DNA from: Edaphobacter aggregans
GTDB taxonomy: Bacteria > Acidobacteriota > Terriglobia > Terriglobales > Acidobacteriaceae
Length of the DNA: 32,000 nucleotides
Direction: 5' to 3'
Assembly: GCF_003945235.1 (NCBI RefSeq)
Contig: NZ_RSDW01000001.1
Location: 3,420,001 to 3,452,000 of the forward strand
The translations under genes and the position numbers were made by a program. Shown here piece after piece: positions 1 to 7,417 of this stretch (positions are counted from its first letter, which is position 1; every line of letters begins with the position of its first letter). The notes under the pieces are model-generated. The model was not told the DNA's origin, did no database searches, and worked only from the letters and a program-made list of their open reading frames with translations.

Positions 1-66
1 TATCTCGCGCGCCGTAGACTTCGTCTATCTGGCAGCACACTCTGGGTAAATGTTTACTCGGGTGGC

Positions 67-95
67 AATGTACTTTGTAGGAATAGTTCTGTCAA
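67..95 (-). promoter_or_regulatory. Possible sigma-70-type promoter firing leftwards out of the window
   Basis: The minus strand reads TTGACA (rc of 90-95), 17 nt, then TACATT (rc of 67-72). This is a pattern match only, and no downstream gene is visible in the window. Confidence 0.15.
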
Positions 96-248
96 GAGAA
101 AACCGGCTCCGCAAAATGCGGATTTACTCGCGACAAGGACTGTCGTTCGAACGAACGTGCCCTCGCTATAACATCTTCTACCAACAATTGGAGCGCAGGG
201 ACGAACTGCCGGGGTTTCGCGGTTGGTGAGCTATTACTAGTGTTAACT

Positions 249-3200
249 TTAGTAGTGCTTCCGTTGCAGGGATTCGGCCGGAACTGTTATCGACCCCATC
301 CGGCCGGAATTTTCGTCCACTACAACAATACGAACGGATCCGGTGCTCTCACTCTTCTCAATGGGTTGGTCGAAAGGGATCCCATCCCTTAACAGCGCTT
401 GATAGGTGGCGGGCTTCAAGGATAGTCCCAGCGTTTTCCCGGTAACCCGCGCGTGAAAACCATCATCGTCTCTTTGGGCCAGGAAGATGTCCAGATTGTC
501 CACCCACCGTTCGCCTTGCTTGGCGAGAGCCAGGTCAGCCGTTGCTATGGCAAGCTTGAGGACGATCCCCGTTGACGCGGCTGCCGAATTCACACTTACT
601 CCGATCTCGTTCGCGTCGAAAGGCTGCCATACCGCTCGGCCGAACCGCTCCTTTAGAGTGCTCGGTTCTCTGGAGTACTGGTAGCCATTGCGGTATCGTA
701 ACGTCACTCCGCGCCGGGCGGTCGGCTTAATGGTCAGTACGTGGTACTGGCCGTTAGGCACTTCGTCGGGCGCAAAGCTGAGCAGATAGGTAGCGTGGCC
801 ATCTTCGACAACCCCGTTTAGGGCTGCTGCGATGTTGCCGGAGCGGCGGATGGCGCGTCCCCCGGTGGCATTGGCTACCTCGCGCACAGGCCCCTGAATG
901 GGGTGAAGATCTTGTTGTATCGGCGCAGTGGTTGGGGCAGACTGCGTGTTGACCGACGTCGGCGCATTCGAGCTTTGCGCCGCCTCGATGTCGCGCGCGT
1001 GCGTTTCGATGCTGACCTCGCTTCCCGTTTGAGAGGCATCGAGTGGATAGACAGCTACGTGGGCATCGTTCATCGCCTCCTGCGTTCGCAGGGAAAATTC
1101 ATCGATATGTTTGCTGCCCTTGTTGATACCTCCTGACTTATCAGACGAGCCGGATAGCACGCTATCGCTGGTGACCCAAACCAGGTTCTTGTGGCCAGGA
1201 ATTGCGGCAAGATGGCGGGTCACGCGGATCATGATCGACAACGTGTCTTGCGCTGGATTGCTGCCGATCTGACGCATTTCAGGGTCGATCAGAGTGCCCG
1301 CATTTGGTGCCTGAGAGGAGGTGCCACTCACGGTTTGCGGTTCGGGCTGACTGCCGGCAGTGTCCACCTGTTGCCGGGACCGATGCTCCTCTGCCTGCGC
1401 TCGTGCCAGGTCCTGAGAGTTGGGCATCCATTCGCTCAACTTTGCCGCAAGCACCGCGTGATCGGTCGTTCCCTCCGCCAGAACTTGAAAGCCATGCGTT
1501 TGCAGCACGTAGAGCGCAACGCGCTCGTTGATCGGGAGCACCTGAAGAAATCGCAGTATCTGCCCGCGAACGTAGGTCAACTCGGCCCACGTAAGGTTGC
1601 TGGCATCGATCAGGAGAATTGTGGTGTTGCCGGCCGTGTTTCCGATCTCCGGGCCTGCGTTCGCAGAGGTTGTTCGCCGATTTGAATAGGCGAATTGCGA
1701 CGGAGTCTTGCCGGATTCTGTTGCAGTGGCGCTTGGCCGGTTGAAAAATTGGATCTCCTGCTTGCGTCCGTTGTCGTAGATCTCGAGGTCCTCCGGCGTC
1801 AAGTCTGTTATCGGATGGTTCTTCTTGTCATAGGCCGTCACAGCCACGTCTACCAGGCGCGTTCTTGCTGGTAGAGAAAAGTTTCTGTCTGGCGAAGCAG
1901 AGCGTTGAGTTGCAGCAGTATCCGGAAACCCGGTCGAGTCTGCCACACTGATCTCTGGAATTGCAGCCTCCAGTGTTGCATTTGTCGCCGGGTTGGGAGC
2001 CGTTGGGGTAGGTATAGCCGCAGTCACATTTTGCGCCGGAGTCGTTTCTGTTGGCTTCCCGGCAACGCTTGGCGAGCCTGTGCTTTCTGGCTCGGGAGTG
2101 TTCGCCTCTTGGGCGCTAAAGTTTTTCAGACCCGACGCAGGCGCATCCCTACCCGGTTCTCCGTCGGTCAGAACATGCGCGGACGCGGTAAACACGTGAT
2201 ATTGCTCAAAGGCGACATCATTTACCAATGTTTGAAGTGATCCCGGAAGATTCTCGGTGCCTTGCGTCATATTTGCAGTGCGGAAATCCTGCATCTGCAG
2301 GGTATGGGGTAGAGGCTGCGCCTGCGAGATGGAGATGCTCTTCACGGGACAGAGATAGGTCTTGCCCCCAATCTCCACGGGGCCGTATTCGACTACGATG
2401 CTGGCCTTGACGATTGGATCGGTTGGTTTAAGGTCTGCCTCCAGCGTCAGGCGAAGGATCGTTCCGTTCGCTGGATCGACAGTGATTTCCCCGTGATAGC
2501 CGGAGAGTTGCTGGAAGACGCGACTTTCTTTGTTGTCTCCAGGGACGCAACAGAATTCAACATCATAATGCGACTTCCCTCCGGGAACTGCGTAGCGGAA
2601 GACTGCCACTGGCCCGACTGTGCCTTGCTCCCAATGGCTCCAGGTCAACGTGCCCTGAGCTGCATCAACCAACACCGTGGCAAGAATGGAGCCAAACTCG
2701 CCCGAGGTAGTCAGACCCTGTGTAGCCGATCTGGATTTCTTGCCTTTCGCGGCTCCCGTGTCGACTACCTCCTGACCGTCGCGGTAGAGCACGTTGGTGC
2801 TAGATCTGCCGATGAAGTGTAGCGGCTGGTAAAGAGTTGCGACCGTCTGTCCTTTCTCATATCCGCGTGGGGTATCTTCGAAGCGTGTTGTGACACGTGT
2901 GGCAAAGAAGTTCGGCAATTTAGTGATGGTCTTCCCAACATAGTCGACCGTTAGAGCCATGAGTTGGCGTTGCGAAGGAATATCGGGCCTCGCAACGGCA
3001 GGAATCTCCGCTGTGGGAAGGTCGAGAAATGCTGACATATCGGCCAACGCAATCAGCGCCTGCTTGCTCTCGGTACCGGGCAGGTCTACCTCCAGGCGCG
3101 ACAGCTTGGAGGCACTCAGTCGTTCGGTCAATTGCACATCCGACAGTTGCCGCGCCACCTCCGCATCGGGTTTGCCATGGGCCGCGGCCAACACCTGCTC

Positions 3201-3287
3201 CAACTGTTCCACGTTGACACGTTTAGCCGCGAACGCTGGAAAGGCGATCTCAGTCAGCAATAAAAGGAGGAGGGCTAACTTCTGCAT
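249..3287 (-). CDS. Large secreted protein: N-terminal domain of unknown function, Pro/Thr/Ala-rich linker, C-terminal VWFA-related (acidobacterial-type von Willebrand A) domain
   Basis: ORF 249..3320. I place the start at ATG 3287, which gives a signal-like N-terminus (MQKLALLLLLLTEIAFPAFA) with GGGGGA about 7 nt upstream. The C-terminal half (RTRLVDVAVTAYDKKNHPITDLTPEDLEIYDNGRKQEIQFF ... TILLIDASNLT ... VRIVVVDENSGRMGSITVP) follows the pattern of the acidobacterial VWFA-related family (TIGR03436-like, from memory). The middle is a low-complexity PT-rich linker (TPEPESTGSPSVAGKPTETTPAQNVTAAIPTPTAPNPAT). Confidence 0.8.
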   Translation of the reverse strand: MQKLALLLLLLTEIAFPAFAAKRVNVEQLEQVLAAAHGKPDAEVARQLSDVQLTERLSASKLSRLEVDLPGTESKQALIALADMSAFLDLPTAEIPAVARPDIPSQRQLMALTVDYVGKTITKLPNFFATRVTTRFEDTPRGYEKGQTVATLYQPLHFIGRSSTNVLYRDGQEVVDTGAAKGKKSRSATQGLTTSGEFGSILATVLVDAAQGTLTWSHWEQGTVGPVAVFRYAVPGGKSHYDVEFCCVPGDNKESRVFQQLSGYHGEITVDPANGTILRLTLEADLKPTDPIVKASIVVEYGPVEIGGKTYLCPVKSISISQAQPLPHTLQMQDFRTANMTQGTENLPGSLQTLVNDVAFEQYHVFTASAHVLTDGEPGRDAPASGLKNFSAQEANTPEPESTGSPSVAGKPTETTPAQNVTAAIPTPTAPNPATNATLEAAIPEISVADSTGFPDTAATQRSASPDRNFSLPARTRLVDVAVTAYDKKNHPITDLTPEDLEIYDNGRKQEIQFFNRPSATATESGKTPSQFAYSNRRTTSANAGPEIGNTAGNTTILLIDASNLTWAELTYVRGQILRFLQVLPINERVALYVLQTHGFQVLAEGTTDHAVLAAKLSEWMPNSQDLARAQAEEHRSRQQVDTAGSQPEPQTVSGTSSQAPNAGTLIDPEMRQIGSNPAQDTLSIMIRVTRHLAAIPGHKNLVWVTSDSVLSGSSDKSGGINKGSKHIDEFSLRTQEAMNDAHVAVYPLDASQTGSEVSIETHARDIEAAQSSNAPTSVNTQSAPTTAPIQQDLHPIQGPVREVANATGGRAIRRSGNIAAALNGVVEDGHATYLLSFAPDEVPNGQYHVLTIKPTARRGVTLRYRNGYQYSREPSTLKERFGRAVWQPFDANEIGVSVNSAAASTGIVLKLAIATADLALAKQGERWVDNLDIFLAQRDDDGFHARVTGKTLGLSLKPATYQALLRDGIPFDQPIEKSESTGSVRIVVVDENSGRMGSITVPAESLQRKHY

Positions 3288-3410
3288 CACAGATCCCCCG
3301 CAGGGCGAACGGGTCATCATAGGCTCTTCCGTGCAGACACAGCAATTGATTGAGAACTTTTGACTCGTCCCGTACCGTAGCTCCCCTTTTCATCTATATG
3401 CAGGGCTCAA

Positions 3411-4880
3411 TCACTTCAGACTACGCAGGTAGGCAACAAGTGCATCTGTATCTGCCTGATTCAGATCGACCGGAGGCATCCCTCCCTTGATCATTTGAGG
3501 TGTTCGATGATGCAACAAGAAGGCCAACTGATTAGAGGAATACTTCTGGCCTATGCCGATAAGCGCCGGCGCCTCTGTGGTGCCTTCGCCCCGATCTCCG
3601 TGGCAGCCACCGCAGGGTTGCTCCGCGAAGATGGCGGTGCCTTTGGCGATGAGCGGATCGGCAGTTACCAATGCCACCGGTACAGGATTGGAGGGCTGCG
3701 ATTGAATTTGAAATGGTTGGCGCATGTAGTCGATTTCGGCTTGTTTCTGACGCGTCAGCTGCGCGGCCACGTTCTGATCGGTCCTGTCGTCGCGGTAGCT
3801 GATGGCGCCCAGGCCTGCATAGCAAGCTACGAAGATGGCAAATCCAGCAACAACAACAGGACGCTTCCATGGCCGGCGTTCGCGTCCACGATCAAGAAAA
3901 GGAATTGCTGCAAACAGCAAGGCGAGGAGTCCGGGTAGGAGGATGCCGCCGAATAGAGACCATCTCCCGCTTACGACCTTCAGCCACTGAAAGATTGGCA
4001 GATAATACCATTCGGGGCGAGGTATATAGCTGGTATCTGAAGTATTGGCTTCTGGACCAAGATGAACTGGAACAAAGTATGCCACCAGTGCAAGAGCCAG
4101 AACAATCAGCAGACTTGCAACCATATCCATGACTAACTGGCGAGGATAAAACTTTTGTGTTGGAAGCTTGGGATAAACAGGGTCTTCCTTAAAGGGACCA
4201 GCAGCGCCTGCCTTACGAAACAAGAAGACGTGCATAGCGATGAAAGCTATCAGCATTCCGGGCAATACGAAAACGTGAAGCACAAAGAAGCGCGATAGGG
4301 TCAGCGTCCCCATCTGTGGGCCACCGCGGAGTAGTTGCTGCAGAGGCTCTCCGATAAGCGGGACTTCACTGATGATGTTCGTTCCAACCGCCGTAGCGAA
4401 GTATGCCTTTTGATCCCAAGGCAACAAATAACCGGTAAAGGCCATGCCCAACATTAGAGCAAGCAAGAAGCATCCGGAGAGCCAGAGTAATTCGCGCCGG
4501 CCTTTGTAGGAACCGTAAAGAAGCGTTTGCGAGATATGCAGAAATAGCAGAATGATAATGGCGGTCGCGCCATAGGCGTGAATGCTGCGCAAAAACAATC
4601 CCGAGCTGACCACCTTGGAAATATAGGAGACGGTTGTATGTGCGTGATCGGAGGAGGGTACATAGTATAGAGTGAGGAAAACTCCGGTGATTACCTGCGA
4701 CAAAAACAGATAGAGCAGTCCTGACCCGAAGACGTAGGCCCAGCGAGCGCCCCCTGGGATTGGTTCGTCGAGTGCTTCATTCAGTAGCGAGTGGATGTCA
4801 GTGCGACGATCCAACCACTTCATCCATCCAGAGATGGGCCTCTGGTTTTCTTGTGACAAGGGATGCTCTGGGTCCGGCAT
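3411..4880 (-). CDS. Cytochrome b (b6-like core plus subunit-IV-like part) fused to a C-terminal mono-haem c-type cytochrome domain
   Basis: There is a helix-B His pair (HAYGATAIIILLFLH) and a helix-D His pair with 14 intervening residues (HVFVLPGMLIAFIAMH). The Qo-site PEWY motif is present (RPEWYYLPIFQ). The C-terminal domain carries a CGGCH haem-c motif. GGAGAG lies just upstream of ATG 4880. Confidence 0.9.
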   Translation of the reverse strand: MPDPEHPLSQENQRPISGWMKWLDRRTDIHSLLNEALDEPIPGGARWAYVFGSGLLYLFLSQVITGVFLTLYYVPSSDHAHTTVSYISKVVSSGLFLRSIHAYGATAIIILLFLHISQTLLYGSYKGRRELLWLSGCFLLALMLGMAFTGYLLPWDQKAYFATAVGTNIISEVPLIGEPLQQLLRGGPQMGTLTLSRFFVLHVFVLPGMLIAFIAMHVFLFRKAGAAGPFKEDPVYPKLPTQKFYPRQLVMDMVASLLIVLALALVAYFVPVHLGPEANTSDTSYIPRPEWYYLPIFQWLKVVSGRWSLFGGILLPGLLALLFAAIPFLDRGRERRPWKRPVVVAGFAIFVACYAGLGAISYRDDRTDQNVAAQLTRQKQAEIDYMRQPFQIQSQPSNPVPVALVTADPLIAKGTAIFAEQPCGGCHGDRGEGTTEAPALIGIGQKYSSNQLAFLLHHRTPQMIKGGMPPVDLNQADTDALVAYLRSLK

Positions 4881-4894
4881 GGTCTCTCCAAATC

Positions 4895-5443
4895 TCAGCC
4901 GACCGGTTCTTTTTTGGCAACCAGCTGGCGAAAGTATTGAAAGCGGACCTTGAGAATACCGTTTTCAACCTTGCTTTCGAGCTCGTCCATTGCGCGGAGC
5001 GGTGGCCCGGAAATGTGCACACCAATGTTCGTAAAGGTGCCACCGTGGCAGGGGCAGATGAACTTGTCTCGTTTTCCGATCCACCGCACGGCGCAACCAA
5101 GGTGCGGACATACGGATGAAAGCACCTTAAAGTTGCCGCTCCCCGTGGGCACAATATATACACCGTTTTGCACCACGGAGCTGCGCCAGCCGTCGATCTT
5201 TTTGACGTCAATTGTGCGCGCAACAGGTTCGGCGAGCGAAAGGAATTCATCGATCTTTCCGACATCGGACCAAGATGCTTCTTCAGATGGGACACGCAGA
5301 GGAAAGGTGGCAAAGCGCATAAGCGGAATAGCCAATGTCGCGCTGACTAGACCCCCAGCGGCAGCCAATAATAAGCCAAGAAACGACCGGCGTTCCGGCA
5401 CGGGAACAGGCATTTGCTCAGGAAGATGTGCTGGGGCAGGCAT
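4895..5443 (-). CDS. Rieske 2Fe-2S subunit of a cytochrome bc-type complex, Tat-exported
   Basis: Rieske boxes CPHLGC and CPCHGG are present, with a twin-arginine N-terminus (ERRSFLGLLLAAAGG). The stop lies 14 nt before the cytochrome b start, so an operon is likely. The ORF-track start at 5446 is TTG. I prefer the adjacent ATG at 5443. Confidence 0.9.
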   Translation of the reverse strand: MPAPAHLPEQMPVPVPERRSFLGLLLAAAGGLVSATLAIPLMRFATFPLRVPSEEASWSDVGKIDEFLSLAEPVARTIDVKKIDGWRSSVVQNGVYIVPTGSGNFKVLSSVCPHLGCAVRWIGKRDKFICPCHGGTFTNIGVHISGPPLRAMDELESKVENGILKVRFQYFRQLVAKKEPVG

Positions 5444-5811
5444 CAACTTTATTCCTACGGTTTATAGAGACAGTATTGAACTTCGAGTGGGTTGGGAGGC
5501 AATCCAAATTTGTCCTCATAACGGCTTTTCGTAGAGCCCTCGAACGATCCGAGGCCGTCCGAGAAATCACCCTGGAGGTCTCTTCAGGTGAGGCCAGTTA
5601 ACCAGATGCATGAGTCTGCTTGTGTCATGCGGTTGTAAATAACTTGTCATTAATTGCGTAGCAAGGAAGTGACTACTCGATTCCTCTCCGCCCAAGCCCT
5701 CTTGGATGAGAGGAGACGTATAGCTTTTGAAGTGGTCCCAGCTCTTGTTCGAGTTTGTTGCTTCTCAACTGATTCAGAGACGCTTAGTCTTCTAAGGTTG
5801 TGTTCAGCGTT

Positions 5812-6852
5812 CTAGGTTACCAGCGTGGATAATCGGCGTAGGCTAGCCATTACATCTTCCATACCAATCCCGAAGTCGATGAGACAAGCGATCTCATCCA
5901 CTTCGTGTTCGCTAAGGAACTCAGCTTGATGAGCACACTGATCAAGAGTTCCGATAAAACTCAATTCACTGTGTAGGTCGTTATTTACCTGGATGTTAAT
6001 CATTATTTCGCTTTCCCGCTCACTGATCTGAGAAAAGCCTTTGCTCTGCTTGGCCCCGAGGGAATGATCCTTTTGCATTCCGATATTCACTTTAAGATAT
6101 TTGGCCATAGCGGGCCGGGCGATGGTTTTTATCTCTTCAGCGTTTTCCCCAACAAACGTGTGAGCCATCAACGTGATATGACCACGACGGCCATGATGGG
6201 CTTGAATTGAGTCCCGGTAAATTTGCGCTTTGCGGGTGAACTCTTTGAGGTCATGTTTGAGTGCGAAGTTCGCCGTTAGAACATTGAATCCAAGCTTGCC
6301 GGCATTGAGGAAACTGTCATCCGATTGACCGGTTATCCAGACGGGTAGTTCCTTTTGAATAGGTGCCGGTAGAATCCCAACGTCGATCGTAACCCCCTCT
6401 CCATTTACCAGTGGTATCTTCTCGCCTCGCCAAAGTCTTTGGATTAGGGCAATCTTCTCGTACATGTCGTCATAGCGGTTCTTATATGTACCAGGCGAGA
6501 GCACAAAATCGTTTACGTGCCATCCCGAGGCAGCCGCAATGGCAACGCGGCCATCCGAAAGGTTGTCGATCATAGCCCATTCTTCGGCGACGCGCAAAGG
6601 GTTCTGCAATGGTAGGACGACGCTTCCAGCTCTGATGGAGAGATGTTTCGTAATCATTGCGAGTGCTGCGCCGGTAACAGAGGGGCTTCCATAAAGACCA
6701 CCAAACTGTTGAAAGTGTCTTTCTGGCGTCCACACGGCAGAAAAATTATGTTCATCCGCGAACTTGCTGGACTCTAATAACAGTTGATATTTGTGGTCTT
6801 GACGTTCTGAGGAATCCGCACTGAAAAAAAACAAGCTGATCTCTGGTGCCAT
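5812..6852 (-). CDS. Luciferase-like (LLM class) flavin-dependent monooxygenase, natural-product-type subfamily
   Basis: The N-terminus (MAPEISLFFFSADSS ... KYQLLLESSKFADEHNFSAVWTPERHF ... GSPSVTGAALAMITKHLSIRAGSVVLPLQNPLRVAEEW) is the pattern I associate with the MupA/secondary-metabolite LLM family. The start is placed at ATG 6852, the second Met of ORF 5812..6891. Confidence 0.75.
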   Translation of the reverse strand: MAPEISLFFFSADSSERQDHKYQLLLESSKFADEHNFSAVWTPERHFQQFGGLYGSPSVTGAALAMITKHLSIRAGSVVLPLQNPLRVAEEWAMIDNLSDGRVAIAAASGWHVNDFVLSPGTYKNRYDDMYEKIALIQRLWRGEKIPLVNGEGVTIDVGILPAPIQKELPVWITGQSDDSFLNAGKLGFNVLTANFALKHDLKEFTRKAQIYRDSIQAHHGRRGHITLMAHTFVGENAEEIKTIARPAMAKYLKVNIGMQKDHSLGAKQSKGFSQISERESEIMINIQVNNDLHSELSFIGTLDQCAHQAEFLSEHEVDEIACLIDFGIGMEDVMASLRRLSTLVT

Positions 6853-7417
6853 TTCTCGCCCCGCTATAGAAGAATTTAGTCCTATGTACAACCTATCGAT
6901 GCGTCGGCCAACTCAAAATGCGAGTCGGGCGCCAAAGTAGTGCATTGTTCGAGCTTCGTCTTATACTTTCAAATCCGTAGGGCCGTCCACAAACAAGGAA
7001 TACGCGACGCTTCTGTGAGCGTTAGAGCCTCGGTGTGACTTGCCGTTGCGTTGAACCTGCTATCTTCTTGTGCAAAGGTCGTGGGAGAGAGAGTACTAGA
7101 TACCATGACCAAGACACAACGAAGTTAGCAGAAAGAAAAATAGCGGGCAAGATTATTCATTCTATTGGGCAGGGTATTCGCGATAACGTGACTCCATCGC
7201 ATCGAGGGTCCGCAGAGCACTGGTTAAACCTGTCAGATGGCTTTCCAATCGGCTTGTAGTACGGGGCAGACAAAGCATGCGGCTGTCGGCGAAGCTACCG
7301 TCTGCCTAAAATTTAGGTAACCAATTTGTCTACATATGATTACAGTTAAAAATGGCACCAATCTGTAAACCAACGAATCACCAACTTATCGATAGGATAG
7401 GGTTTGCTCGTGAGAAC

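Noticed and set aside
1-168. Open reading frames touching the left edge: plus frame 2 ends at 47-49 (...DFVYLAAHSG*) and plus frame 1 ends around 166-168.
   Set aside because: They are only 15-55 codons long with no recognisable motif, so they cannot be distinguished from noise without the upstream sequence.
487-3363. Numerous plus-strand ORFs (for example 1191..1685, 1905..2240, 2959..3363) antisense to the VWFA-related gene. Similar antisense ORFs occur within the TonB receptor, CRTAC1, GH30, xylB and cytochrome genes.
   Set aside because: They are Arg/Ala/Pro-rich translations typical of the antisense strand of GC-rich genes. In every case the opposite strand carries a long ORF with clear family motifs.
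7316-7326. The 11-mer GGTAACCAATT is shared between 7316-7326 and 23719-23729, both near the Ig/FN3 protein genes and both partly palindromic.
   Set aside because: My rough estimate is that many 11-mer coincidences are expected between two strands of 32 kb. One site is 3' of its gene and the other 5', and the flanks are not similar.
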